A DNA stretch of 63,840 bases, the filler included, from an uncultured virus (IMG/VR IMGVR_UViG_2049941000_000232) (taxonomy: Duplodnaviria; Heunggongvirae; Uroviricota; Caudoviricetes). It is 34 parts of one record of this genome, joined end to end, with 100 filler letters (N's around TTAATTAATTAA, not from the genome) between each part and the next. Parts side by side here need not be neighbours in the genome. Positions count along the whole stretch, not along the records: positions 9,171 to 18,672 come from IMGVR_UViG_2049941000_000232; positions 18,773 to 20,237 come from IMGVR_UViG_2049941000_000232; positions 20,338 to 22,094 come from IMGVR_UViG_2049941000_000232; positions 22,195 to 24,840 come from IMGVR_UViG_2049941000_000232; positions 24,941 to 26,709 come from IMGVR_UViG_2049941000_000232; 29 more parts are not named here. The stretch is one strand, 5' to 3'. A model generated the notes under the pieces. The model saw only the letters and a list, made by a program, of their open reading frames with translations. It did not search any database and was not told the DNA's origin. The position numbers and the translations under genes were made by a program. Positions within the stretch are counted from its first letter, which is position 1, and every line of letters begins with the position of its first letter. Shown piece by piece: positions 12,038 to 25,133 of this stretch.

Positions 12038-14472
12038 TTATTTGTTGAGATTGTGGTTGTTAATCAATCTAGTAAGCATCAAAGACTGTGCCTGTACTGC
12101 AAGGCATTTAGAAGCGCTCATGTCGCTAGCGATCTTCATCTTGACACTTTCATCCAATCCTTCCCAAATATGCTTAACGCTAGGGTGCATGAAAGAAAGC
12201 AATCGCTTCTCTTCTTTCTCAAGGAACATGTTCTCACGCTGAGCCTGTGCGTTTGCGTTGATTCTCTGTGTCTCTATATTCTCACGTTTCTGGATGTTCT
12301 CAAGCAACTTCTTGATATCTGTCATATCAGATGTATTAGAGACTGTATCAAGAGCATCCATTCTTTCGCTTACAGATTCTGTAAAGTGATTCAAACGAGT
12401 ATCGATCTTGTCGAATCTCTTGATGCCTTCACGGATCTCTGAAGCAATAGAAGAATTCTTCTCATTGATATTTTCGATAGCGTTAACAACATCAGTGTCA
12501 AGATAAGCCTCTACTAGGTTAAGTTCCTTAGCAGACTCATCAAGATATCTCTGCATCAAGCTAACCTCCTTAGCTGTGCTATCAAGGTAATCCTGCATCA
12601 TGTTGACCTCTGCATTGTTCTCATTGATAGTCTTTGCTATATAGTCAGCATATGATACGAATGCTTTCAATGTGCTTTCGTTCTCGTTGATTGTCTTTGC
12701 AGTATAATCTGCATAATCAGCAAGCTTTCTGAACTTAGCATTCAAGTCCTTCTCTGTCTTATTGTAAGCAAGACCAATCTCTTCAAGATAGCTCTCTATG
12801 ATATTCAATCGCTTAGCAGTATTTGAATCTGAACCGACTGCATGGCCTTCGTTGATAGCCTTAGACAAATACTCAAGGTATCCTACAACGTTGCTCATAT
12901 CCTTGTTGTACTGCTCTGCAACATAATTCATATATTTCTTGTACTGAGAATCATCAGATCCGCAAGCACTCTTACCATCTTTCTTGATACGCTTCTCATC
13001 AAGGCTGTATACAAGATCGCGGATGTCATCAAGGCCTTCAGCAACACGAGAATCTATAATATTNNNNNNNNNNNNNNNNNNNNNNNNNNNNNNNNNNNNN
13101 NNNNNNNNNNNNNNNNNNNNNNNNNNNNNNNNNNNNNNNNNNNNNNNNNNNNNNNNNNNNNNNNNNNNNNNNNNNNNNNNNNNNNNNNNNNNNNNNNNNN
13201 NNNNNNNNNNNNNNNNNNNNNNNNNNNNNNNNNNNNNNNNNNNNNNNNNNNNNNNNNNNNNNNNNNNNNNNNNNNNNNNNNNNNNNNNNNNNNNNNNNNN
13301 NNNNNNNNNNNNNNNNNNNNNNNNNNNNNNNNNNNNNNNNNNNNNNNNNNNNNNNNNNNNNNNNNNNNNNNNNNNNNNNNNNNNNNNNNNNNNNNNNNNN
13401 NNNNNNNNNNNNNNNNNNNNNNNNNNNNNNNNNNNNNNNNNNNNNNNNNNNNNNNNNNNNNNNNNNNNNNNNNNNNNNNNNNNNNNNNNNNNNNNNNNNN
13501 NNNNNNNNNNNNNNNNNNNNNNNNNNNNNNNNNNNNNNNNNNNNNNNNNNNNNNNNNNNNNNNNNNNNNNNNNNNNNNNNNNNNNNNNNNNNNNNNNNNN
13601 NNNNNNNNNNNNNNNNNNNNNNNNNNNNNNNNNNNNNNNNNNNNNNNNNNNNNNNNNNNNNNNNNNNNNNNNNNNNNNNNNNNNNNNNNNNNNNNNNNNN
13701 NNNNNNNNNNNNNNNNNNNNNNNNNNNNNNNNNNNNNNNNNNNNNNNNNNNNNNNNNNNNNNNNNNNNNNNNNNNNNNAACATTTAGCTTCACAATTAGC
13801 TACACGGGCAGATAGATTCTTAACCTCTATAGCTAGATTGTGTATAAGAGATTTGATATCATCATTGTTATCAGGTTCACATGATGGAACGCATGGTGTA
13901 TCAGTATCGCATGCAAATACTGCAACATTGTCAAGATCGTCACATTCTGAACAAAGTCCTTCAGTAATGTCACGTACAGTCAAACGAGCATTAGCAAAGC
14001 CTGGCTCATCAACTAGGTCATATGTTACAAGGTTTGTAAGTGTGACAACACCACCCTTGCCAATATAACCTGTTGCACGAGAAGATACAAACATAGGTAC
14101 ACCACTCTCTATAAGAGTACGTGCAATTCTACCGTTAGGTGTATCCAAAAGCTTCAACTCGCCTCTTACGCAGTTACTTGCGTCATCAATTTCCAACTTA
14201 GTGACTACATGTGAAACAGCAGTCATTTCTGTAGTGTTACGGCCATTTGGGTGACCAAGCTCTCCAAGCAATCCTCCACTAGCACACTTGTCAGCAATCT
14301 GCTCAAGGACAGCTTTATAATTATCCTTCTTGTAGATTCTCTTGTTGCGATTCATTACGTCAAAAGTAGTGAACTCACCGACAAGGTACAAGTCAGATCC
14401 TTCAGTGCGTGACTCCAAAATTTTAACAGGAGAAGCACTTCTAACGTTAATAATTACATTCTTGTTGTTCAT
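12038..14472 (-). CDS. Prohead core protease (gp21-like) with a probable long scaffold-like C-terminal region (gap between the two parts)
   Basis: NRNKRIY, GELGHP, VSH, VSSRATG, TYDLVDEPGF; C-part has repeated Y(A/L)DYxAKxIN helices. Confidence 0.85.
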
Positions 14473-14525
14473 ATATTACGCGTAAAATAAACTATATTTA
14501 TTTCATTTACACTATTATTAAAGAT

Positions 14526-15799
14526 TTACAATTTCAAATCACTAGAAGATGGGGATCCTCCCATGTCGTCGATATTNNNNNNNNNNGTGAAAATGGAACA
14601 TGAGTAGACCTTATGAAATTCTTGCGGAAGTAATCTATAGTATCAATATCATTAAGATCAGGTCCATCATGCTTGACAGATTCCATATCGATCTTATTCT
14701 GTCCATCGCTAGCAAACCAATACTCTTTATAGAATGGCAGCATCGGATTGCCGTTTACCTTGCATCGTCCATTGTCCCAATTGAAATCTACAACCTCTCT
14801 ATACTTTGCACAGCTTTCTGCAAGCTTCTGCATAGATCTGGGTGAATTGACATTTCCTACAGGAACAGTGAACTGCATCTTATAAGATGAATTAGTCACA
14901 GCCCATATCACACGAGAGGCTTCCATTGTTCTCATAATATTGAACGATCTCTGCATACGGTCTACGTATGACAGTCTCTGTGTATTATTATCCTCTGAAT
15001 ATACTAATACAAGTACATCGTCAGGAGCAAGCTCAATGATCTGTGACTTGTTGTATCTGGCTATAAGAGGATCTATAGATTCCATCGTCGGCTGCTGATA
15101 CTTCCATGTGAATGGGTATTTGTTTTTATATTTAGGAGACGGAAGAGATTTGGTAAGATTAGCTGCATCCAATTCATGGAAACCTATTACATCACCATCT
15201 TTATTAGTAACNNNNNNNNNNCATATCATCTCCACCTCCGTTATCATCTCCACCTTCCTGAGGTTCTGTGGCGCTCTTCTTCTTTAGCTTATCATTCAAG
15301 CTGATATCATCAGAAGTCAATCCTAAGAATCTTCGAGCTATGAACTCAGGATGGAAATATGCATTTCCGTCACTATCCTGATACTGTGTAAGATCATTCA
15401 CAGCACCTAAGATATTATTGATTCTCATAGCCTCTCCTACATCACTGCTATATAGATATCTGTCAGACCACTGCAAATGCAGCTGTGTTCCAAGTTCAGC
15501 AATATCTGTGTTTTCGTCATCTGCAGCCATCATTCGGATAATCGGAGTGATCAGCATTCTTTCAAAGACACCTCTCAATCGGCCTATGAAGTTCGAATAC
15601 TGTACTTCTTCTCTCAATATGTCAGATTGAGGAGAGAATACCAATTTGNNNNNNNNNNGTCAAAAGACACGTCCTCGTCTACAGGGACCTGAAGAGTCTT
15701 ACTGTTATGGATGACGCTGTTTGAAGGCAGCTTTCTCTCTTGAGTGCCTTTGAACAGATCTGCGATCTTATGTATTTTCTGTTGAATAAGTGATGCCAT
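14526..15799 (-). CDS. Portal vertex protein (gp20-like), shuffled fragments
   Basis: LSYVDRMQRSFNIMRTMEASRVIW, KEYWF, IDYFRKNF..THVPFS, ILREEVQYSNFIGRLR. Confidence 0.88.
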
Positions 15800-15809
15800 G
15801 ACTTATTTA

Positions 15810-16492
15810 CTATGGTTCTGGTTTATTTATTTGTGGAAATAGGTTCACATTCAAAAACTTCACTATATCAGATATTTCAGAACTTTTTGCAAGTTCGATA
15901 CTGATAGGATATTCTGAAAGGATAGTTCTTGATTTGACATCAAGTTCTTTAACTTCAAGGTATCCGTCAAGATATACTGATGAATCTATATATTTGTATG
16001 AACCTGTATTTGAACAACAGCGCNNNNNNNNNNTTACTAAGCGTTTCAATGCTATGATTTTAAGAGTGTTCTTATAAGGTGATGCATATTTCATCTGGTT
16101 GTATATTGCAAGTCCTTCATTAGCCTTACTGTTACCTCTCATTCCTAACACAAACAACCAAAGACCTGTACGCATGCCTCTGAATTTGCGATATGCATGT
16201 GTATAGATCTCATGAGTGATAAGTCCTTCTATCTCATCTTCATAGAAAGNNNNNNNNNNNNNNNNNNNNNNNNNNNNNNNNGATAGAGGTGCCTTTGATA
16301 GACATTCGTGCAGCCGTGCTCTTACTGAAAACTACCCTCCAGTTAGGGAGAAGCTTTGCCGCATTACAACACTTGTTGTAAACTTCTTCAACAGAGATCT
16401 TCTTGCGGCTAGGGTCTTTTTTTACCCATTTGACATCTTTAAGAATCTTGATAGCTTCTTTTACAGGAGTATGATCTTGCCTCGCCATCCGT
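15810..16492 (-). CDS. DUF1704/MATCAP-like HExxxH metallo-carboxypeptidase (three fragments)
   Basis: My translation of 16034-16249: EGLITHEIYTHAYR...GMRGNSKANEGLAIY; C-terminal DSSVYLDGYLEV resembles the family KDxVYLxG motif. Confidence 0.78.
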
Positions 16493-17020
16493 NNNNNNNN
16501 NNNNNNNNNNNNNNNNNNNNNNNNNNNNNNNNNNNNNNNNNNNNNNNNNNNNNNNNNNNNNNNNNNNNNNNNNNNNNNNNNNNNNNNNNNNNNNNNNNNN
16601 NNNNNNNNNNNNNNNNNNNNNNNNNNNNNNNNNNNNNNNNNNNNNNNNNNNNNNNNNNNNNNNNNNNNNNNNNNNNNNNNNNNNNNNNNNNNNNNNNNNN
16701 NNNNNNNNNNNNNNNNNNNNNNNNNNNNNNNNNNNNNNNNNNNNNNNNNNNNNNNNNNNNNNNNNNNNNNNNNNNNNNNNNNNNNNNNNNNNNNNNNNNN
16801 NNNNNNNNNNNNNNNNNNNNNNNNNNNNNNNNNNNNNNNNNNNNNNNNNNNNNNNNNNNNNNNNNNNNNNNNNNNNNNNNNNNNNNNNNNNNNNNNNNNN
16901 NNNNNNNNNNNNNNNNNNNNNNNNNNNNNNNNNNNNNNNNNNNNNNNNNNNNNNNNNNNNNNNNNNNNNNNNNNNNNNNNNNNNNNNNNNNNNNNNNNNN
17001 NNNNNNNNNNNNNNNNNNNN

Positions 17021-18672
17021 CAAAACATATAAATACAGGATGTACCCGAATAAGGAGCAAGAGCAAGTTCTTGTAAGATATTTCGGGTCCGTACGTTTTG
17101 TGTATAACCATTTCCTTGCTGAACGTAAAAGACNNNNNNNNNNNNNNNNNNNNNNNNNNNNNNNNNNNNNNNNNNNNNNNNNNNNNNNNNNNNNNNNNNN
17201 NNNNNNNNNNNNNNNNNNNNNNNNNNNNNNNNNNNNNNNNNNNNNNNNNNNNNNNNNNNNNNNNNNNNNNNNNNNNNNNNNNNNNNNNNNNNNNNNNNNN
17301 NNNNNNNNNNNNNNNNNNNNNNNNNNNNNNNNNNNNNNNNNNNNNNNNNNNNNNNNNNNNNNNNNNNNNNNNNNNNNNNNNNNNNNNNNNNNNNNNNNNN
17401 NNNNNNNNNNNNNNNNNNNNNNNNNNNNNAGCTAAAAAGCACGGAGGCAGTTTCGCAATACCACAAAATTGCTCCATCAAAGAAGGAAAAATTTTCATAC
17501 CGAAGTTCAAGCAAGGTATCAAAATTAAAGAACACCGAACATTCCNNNNNNNNNNNNNNNNNNNNNNNNNNNNNNNNNNNNNNNNNNNNNNNNNNNNNNN
17601 NNNNNNNNNNNNNNNNNNNNNNNNNNNNNNNNNNNNNNNNNNNNNNNNNNNNNNNNNNNNNNNNNNNNNNNNNNNNNNNNNNNNNNNNNNNNNNNNNNNN
17701 NNNNNNNNNNNNNNNNNNNNNNNNNNNNNNNNNNNNNNNNNNNNNNNNNNNNNNNNNNNNNNNNNNNNNNNNNNNNNNNNNNNNNNNNNNNNNNNNNNNN
17801 NNNNNNNNNNNNNNNNNNNNNNNNNNNNNNNNNNNNNNNNNNNNNNNNNNNNNNNNNNNNNNNNNNNNNNNNNNNNNNNNNNNNNNNNNNNNNNNNNNNN
17901 NNNNNNNNNNNNNNNNNNNNNNNNNNNNNNNNNNNNNNNNNNNNNNNNNNNNNNNNNNNNNNNNNNNNNNNNNNNNNNNNNNNNNNNNNNNNNNNNNNNN
18001 NNNNNNNNNNNNNNNNNNNNNNNNNNNNNNNNNNNNNNNNNNNNNNNNNNNNNNNNNNNNNNNNNNNNNNNNNNNNNNNNNNNNNNNNNNNNNNNNNNNN
18101 NNNNNNNNNNNNNNNNNNNNNNNNNNNNNNNNNNNNNNNNNNNNNNNNNNNNNNNNNNNNNNNNNNNNNNNNNNNNNNNNNNNNNNNNNNNNNNNNNNNN
18201 NNNNNNNNNNNNNNNNNNNNNNNNNNNNNNNNNNNNNNNNNNNNNNNNNNNNNNNNNNNNNNNNNNNNNNNNNNNNNNNNNNNNNNNNNNNNNNNNNNNN
18301 NNNNNNNNNNNNNNNNNNNNNNNNNNNNNNNNNNNNNNNNNNNNNNNNNNNNNNNNNNNNNNNNNNNNNNNNNNNNNNNNNNNNNNNNNNNNNNNNNNNN
18401 NNNNNNNNNNNNNNNNNNNNNNNNNNNNNNNNNNNNNNNNNNNNNNNNNNNNNNNNNNNNNNNNNNNNNNNNNNNNNNNNNNNNNNNNNNNNNNNNNNNN
18501 NNNNNNNNNNNNNNNNNNNNNNNNNNNNNNNNNNNCGCCTTCAAGGAAAACCAACAAGAAGGTCGGGATAGACTTAGGTATCACGGATTTTATAGTAACT
18601 AGTGATAGTGTGAGGTATTCAAGCAACAAGTTTATCAAACATTATGCTAAGAAACTCGCAAAGGCTCAAAAG
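17021..18672 (+). mobile_element. tnpB: IS200/IS605 tnpB, fragments
   Basis: YKYRMYPNKEQ HTH; VGIDLG RuvC-I. Confidence 0.9.
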
Positions 18673-18772
18673 NNNNNNNNNNNNNNNNNNNNNNNNNNNN
18701 NNNNNNNNNNNNNNNNTTAATTAATTAANNNNNNNNNNNNNNNNNNNNNNNNNNNNNNNNNNNNNNNNNNNN

Positions 18773-19113
18773 CATCTCTTTAGCTGTACTCATGAACTCT
18801 TCTCTCTGCGGATTATGCTCCTCAAAGCATCCCCAAGTATACGTTGAGATCATACATCCAGGAGTCTTTACACCTCTCATAGTCTTACATGAGTGGGCTC
18901 CCTTGATCATGATAGCAACACCAAGAGGAGGGTTCAATCTTCCTACACCAGAAGTCAACTCCTCGACGATCATATTGACTACATCAGTACCGATACGTTC
19001 CTGAAGCTGCATCTTCTGTGAGCAATAACGTACAACTCTTGATATTTTAGATAATCCGAGAAGCTTTCCTTTCGGATTAGGAATATATGCGAAACAGTAC
19101 TCAATCTTGAATG
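18773..19113 (-). CDS. folE: GTP cyclohydrolase I, C-terminal part
   Basis: AYIP..LLGLSKISR..QLQER..HSCKTMRGV. Confidence 0.92.
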
Positions 19114-19372
19114 NNNNNNNNNNGTAATAGCCTTGCTTGAAAGACCCTTTCTTATTAGCGTGCGGCTTGTTATTCTTTATGTCCATATCGTAAAGTATAT
19201 TTCTAGGTATACTATAATTTACGTTATGATACCGATATATAATTAATATCTTACGACATGAATAGATCCATAACCATATCACTATCATCAGTGAATGTTG
19301 TCTGATACGCTGCAGTAAGCAGACGGTCAATGGGTGACAATATGTATTTAGAGAAACNNNNNNNNNNNNNNN

Positions 19373-19703
19373 ATCTCATTCCATTGAGAATATAGAGAGT
19401 CTGTGTCTATATATACAGAAACATCTTCTTTGATATCCTTGCCGTTGTGCGTAGTGCCCATCTTGTCATGCAAGGCTGTCATGTCTTTCCACTTGGTCTT
19501 GAAAAGATTGTTTACGAATTTTTCTGTCGTTGTGATTGTGTACTTTCCTTGTGTGGTAATCGCTTCAGCTACAGCGACATTGAAAAAATAATTAGCAGTA
19601 CTGCCGAAGGCTCCATAAAGGCTATTGATAAGGATCTTCAATACTTGCTGCTGATTAATTTTATCTTCATATGCAGCATGTGCTGCAGCGTATAAAGACT
19701 CTA
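19373..19703 (-). CDS. Family B DNA polymerase, motifs B and C
   Basis: KILINSLYGAFG and YIDTDS. Confidence 0.92.
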
Positions 19704-19713
19704 NNNNNNNNNN

Positions 19714-19980
19714 ATGCACATTTCTGAAAAACTCTGGCATAGTATTGTCAATGACATTTCCTGTACGGGTATCCTCACACCAGCAATGATTGTATTTTAT
19801 GCCTTTGATAGGGCCTTGGCCAGTAACCAATCCATGACACAATCTGAGATTCTTGTTGGATATACTGTTCTTCATGAAATAGTCATATCCTTTTGTATAG
19901 CAGTCACCTCCCTGATTTTCTGCAGGAATATTATCATGATGATCTGCTTCGTTTATATATGTGTCAAAACTCATGATCAT
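19714..19980 (-). CDS. Small papain/transglutaminase-like Cys-His protein, partial
   Basis: GDCY...HG.V.G...HCWCE...ID pattern. Confidence 0.5.
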
Positions 19981-20011
19981 AATATTCTAATAGTGTTGTA
20001 TNNNNNNNNNN

Positions 20012-22094
20012 ACACCTTCTTTCAAATCGTCTTCTCTGTATCTGAAGATCTCTTTGATGTTGCCGTCAACAACAGCTTTGCAAAGTTTCTTCTTGTTATC
20101 TACAATTTCAAAACGTCTCTGATCAAGATCGATATCTGTCATGCCATTCTTGCTTTTCATTGTGACATTGAGTCTAATGATCTTAGCATCCCTGAAAGCA
20201 GATCCTTGACGATAGATTCTGCCTGCGAGCTGTTCGTNNNNNNNNNNNNNNNNNNNNNNNNNNNNNNNNNNNNNNNNNNNNTTAATTAATTAANNNNNNN
20301 NNNNNNNNNNNNNNNNNNNNNNNNNNNNNNNNNNNNNATTTTCTAAGCACAAATATCGTAATATACAAAAAGACCTACTCTCACGAGCAAGTCTTTTCCA
20401 AAGGTATTAATTATTAAAACTATTTTGGAACAAGTTCCTCTACATGGAATCGAACCAGCTTGTACACCTTTGTGTCATAGAGGAAAAAATTAGGGAATTA
20501 TATACCTATTAGCCTAGATTGCAAGGCATCACAAGATTTACTATATTGNNNNNNNNNNAATGTATATGGCATGCTCATAATAATGATCGTATCACAACAG
20601 TACTGCAGACCATCTACGCCAGTAGATATAGGTTTTGAACCTATAATGATATCACGGTCCATCTTGCTATTAGCTTTTGCGTAGCAAGGATTATAGTCGT
20701 CCTTGTTCTCTCCAGTGAATACATAATGAGACACTCCGTTTGCAGTTGCTGCTTTAGAAATATTGTCAACTATTCCAGTGACGTAATTAGTGTATACTAT
20801 TGTGCGTCCGTGATTGATAAGATTCTGGTCTACCATCATCTTGAACTTGATATCTGCAAGCATCTTATCAAGTTCGCTCCATTTGTTACCATTCTTAGAT
20901 TTCAGCATGCTGTAGATGTCTTTATCAAATGGGATAGAATGATTGATCTTGATGATCTTTTCAGATCGAACCATAGGATACTGTGGAATGTATCTGAACC
21001 CATTAAGCAATAGAGCCTGGTAAGCACTGCNNNNNNNNNNTAGCTTTATCGCCAATCTCATCGTACTTCAATCCAGTCAACAGCTCCATTATGTTCCTTA
21101 CATCTGAAACCTTGTTCACGCAAGGCGTTGCAGTCATTCCTAGAACTTTCAAGTCTGTATTAGCTTTCGCACATGTCTTTCTAAGCTCTCTCAGATACTT
21201 ATTTAGACCTGACGATACTCTAGCCTCTTCCTTTGCGCGGTGGATTTCATCGAATACCAACATATCAGGTGCAAGAGCTTCAATATCCTTAATTAGCACT
21301 TTTGTCTTTTCAGGATCTTGCTGGAACTTTTCGTAATTGATAACAATGAATGTACGATCTGCATATGGTGCATATCCATATAATTTATTGATGTCATCAA
21401 CGATCACGGTATCTATTGTAATAGAATCATTATAGAACTCTCTAATAGCACTGTCTATTGTACTTACGACTGAGTTAGGGCAAACTACAACTATCATCTT
21501 ACAGTCTGTCAATGATACTGAAAGTAACATTGAATTTGTCTTTCCAGCACCTGGTGCGCTCCAGTTACCAAAGAACGAGTTGTTCATCATTCTGTTTGCA
21601 ATAAGCTTCTGCATTAGATTCGGATCACCTTTTGGGAATCCATAATCAGATGGTGTAGGGATCGAAGAAACTTCATTGTAATCATTCTCGAATATGTCAA
21701 GCACTTTCTGGCCCCATGCACCAAGCTTCGGTCTCATCTCTGAAATCAAAGTATCTTTATTGACTCCACACAATACAAGATTCCATATATGTGATGTAAA
21801 GATATTGATCAACGCAGCTGAAGTCTCACCATCTGAAACCTTTATTATACTTTCGTCATCATTAAGGATGTTATCAGCTGCTCTTAGCATCTTTTCAAAT
21901 GACTCGCATTTATCCTCAAGTGACTCCTCATTGAAAAGATTGTTCTCCGCACCATTCGTATCTTCGCCTTCACAAAGAGGGTCTTCAATATTATCATTAA
22001 CATCATCGCAATCGTCATCAGTGATCTGATCGTAATCTATGTTATTAATTTCGTCCTCAAGATCTTTAAGAGAGTCTTTAAGATGTTTCGGTGA
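20012..22094 (-). CDS. Superfamily 2 helicase, fragments (not one continuous ORF)
   Basis: APGAGKT, DEIH, GMTATP, TGVDGLQ; motif VI QLAGRIYRQG at 20012-20237. Confidence 0.85.
20434..20485 (-). ncRNA. Minimal tRNA-like remnant
   Basis: TTCCTCTA/TAGAGGAA acceptor-like stem, GGTTCGATTCC T-loop and only one short inner hairpin. Confidence 0.35.
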
Positions 22095-22193
22095 NNNNNN
22101 NNNNNNNNNNNNNNNNNNNNNNNNNNNNNNNNNNNNNNTTAATTAATTAANNNNNNNNNNNNNNNNNNNNNNNNNNNNNNNNNNNNNNNNNNN

Positions 22194-23100
22194 NTGCAAC
22201 AGATCCATTATATATCGCTACAGATTTGTTGCTTGGTCTATATTTTGAAATGATAGGCACTAGAGCTTTCAATCCAGATGCACTGACTTCAACAATATAA
22301 TTCTTTCCATCATCTTTCAGATCACCGACCGAGAACGAAATACCTTCAGTGACAGCATTTCCGTCTTCTCCGTTATTTCCATCTGATTCCAATTCAGGCT
22401 CAGGCTCTACGATTCCGCCAAGGACTACGCTACTGACTCCATTCATGAAATCCTTGATCTTCATTGCATTTGCTGCAGCGTAAGCTTTTGCATTAGGATA
22501 GATATCGAAGATAGTATTGTGCTCTTCTATATTATCATAAAGAGTCACTGTATAGTCACCTGAATACTTGTCGATCTTGAAAAACCATTCTGTATAAGTA
22601 TCATCTATATCGCCCTTGATACGCATACATCTGCACTCGAGCACAGTCTTTGATAATTCTTTGACTTCAACTATCTGATTGACTCCGTATATACCTGTAG
22701 GGATAGTTTCAAATTTATAGTCTTTGAATGTACCTCTTACTGTCCATTCGTCAGAGTCTTTTGTTTTAGGCTCCAACGTATCTGATGCGATCTGGTTAAG
22801 CAGGTCATACACAATGGCGTGTTCCTTGTCGATATTACCTATAGTATCGAATAGAGGCTGGATGTCTTCGTTGATATCAGATGCTGCTCCGACAGATGTA
22901 CCTTCAGGATTGCTTGCAGCAGCAGAATCTTCGCCACCTTTATTCTTATCGAGAGGACATCCTGTTTCTGGGTCGATGTCATAATGGTAAAGAAGAACAT
23001 CTATAGCATTGACTTTCTTCTTCACAACACCCTCAGCTACTGTCAATTCATGTTCATAATTACCTGTGGTAGTTCTGATACATCTTTCAATCTCTTCCAA
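22194..23100 (-). CDS. Acidic hypothetical protein, partial
   Basis: ~300-codon open frame, no recognised motif. Confidence 0.55.
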
Positions 23101-23240
23101 GATATCGACAGCCTCCTGTCTTGCTTCTAGCAGGCTATGTATTCTTTCATTGACCTGATTATTAGCTACAGATGTATTGTTTGAAAGGTTAGCCTCGATG
23201 TTGTTGTCACGAAGGACTTTGACGATATCGNNNNNNNNNN

Positions 23241-24041
23241 GATATCGTCCATAAATCCTGCAAAAGCAATGGACACTGCAATTTCAGACGGCAAGATATA
23301 AGCTGCTTGTACTTTATCAGTCTCTGCGATCTTCATGTAAGCGTCAGTAGTATCTTTCAGATGATTGATAATATCAACGCATGTGCTGTCTGTTGAACTT
23401 GTAGCAATTTTATTATAAAGAGTTGGGTTGCAGAAACGCAGTATGCCGAATCTACTGTTATTGTAGATACAGTGTCTTGTAGACTCCCAATTCTTCGAAA
23501 GGGTACGGTGGCGTGTCAATGATGTGCCTATCTGCCTGTTTGTCGTGATCACAAACTGCATTCTGATATACTTATTGCGTTCACGATTAGGAAGATCTCC
23601 CATAACCTTCGCGAATTTGTCCATACTCAGTATGTTTGCACGCAATTTGTTGAAGAATGGAGATGCTAGATCGAAATGAAGAGAATCTGAATTAGGTTCG
23701 AGACTGTCATACCATTCTACCAATTCCCTCAAAGTAAACACATAAATATCATCCTTTATGTTGCGTACATGCGCATGTGTGCCGCACGCTGCGAACTTCT
23801 TCAGATAATCTCTGAACGATGCGAAACATTCTGCACTTGCAAGATCAGCGTATATAGTAACGAATTCAAGAGGTTCGTAATGGCGTCCGTTGATCAATGT
23901 CTGTACAAAATCTGAAGGAGAAACTTTGGTTTCGTCTTCTTCTCTCTTATACGAGATTCGCGTCATGTACTGGCAATGTTCAAGCTGATCGTCAATATTT
24001 AGCGAAAAATCATACACTTTATCGGAAAAAATAATTAGCAG
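23241..24041 (-). CDS. thyX: FAD-dependent thymidylate synthase, partial
   Basis: RISY, GRHYEPLEF and LTRHRTLSxxxESTR signature. Confidence 0.85.
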
Positions 24042-24940
24042 NNNNNNNNNNCAGGGTGTCTAATGACATTGCCCTCACTGTCCTTAATCCCGCTTCCCGA
24101 CGGGCTTTTATTTTCGATTGTAACTATGAATTAGAATTTGCCGCTACTACTAGCCATAGCTAATAATAACAGTGCGATAGCATGAGGGTCGCCTTTCTCT
24201 GCATCTCTTATGATCTTCTTGGCAATATTTCTAGCAGCATCTTCTGAAAGACCATCTCTATTGCTGTCAGGATTGCGTCCAATTTTTCCTTCTGTAGAAG
24301 ATTGATTGTTATTGCAAGATTGCTTCTGACCGTTGTTCAGTACATTTATATACTTGCGCAAAGTATCATCAGGCTCTTTATCAGCCTTGCACTTGCAATC
24401 ACCGCAGCAGTTTCCGTTACAGCTGCAAGTTTCTTCAGTCAATCCAGCGGTTATAGCTTCTAATATGCTGTGTACTTTAGAGTTCAGCTCATTGCTTACC
24501 TTAGTCATTATGTCTTTAGCATCATCGTGAGGCTTGCCGCNNNNNNNNNNCTGAATGACACATGTATGAGAACCATCTTCAACAGCAAAATTACCGTCTG
24601 GAAGGAAGATCAATCTCCATTTAGGAGATATTCTGAGTGCTCCTTTTGCATCAAGATAATATCCGTTGCCAGATCCGCATACGAACTTACGCCCACCGAC
24701 AGTCACATTAACGCCATCAGGTGCAATTGTATAGTTTGTACTTACAAGCTTGCCATTATTATATAGAACCTTTTCAATAGCTGCATCGAAATGCTTGTAT
24801 CGTGCATCAACCTGAGGGTGGTCATTGATAAGGGCTCGAANNNNNNNNNNNNNNNNNNNNNNNNNNNNNNNNNNNNNNNNNNNNTTAATTAATTAANNNN
24901 NNNNNNNNNNNNNNNNNNNNNNNNNNNNNNNNNNNNNNNN

Positions 24941-25133
24941 ATCCTCTTCAAGCTTCATATGATTATAATCGATATTGACATTTGTGACAACACCCTTGCC
25001 GGCTCCATCACGGATCTTCAGCGCTTTAAGCCTATATAGATTGGCAGCGCGGTAATCTTCTGTCTGTGTGATCGCAAGGATAGTATCGCATGTATGCAGG
25101 ATAGCTGCACATTCAGCAACAGATTCAAGTCAT
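24941..25133 (-). CDS. DnaB/gp41 helicase, C-terminal fragment
   Basis: My translation: ESVAECAAILHTCDTILAITQ...LKALKIRDG. Confidence 0.7.
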
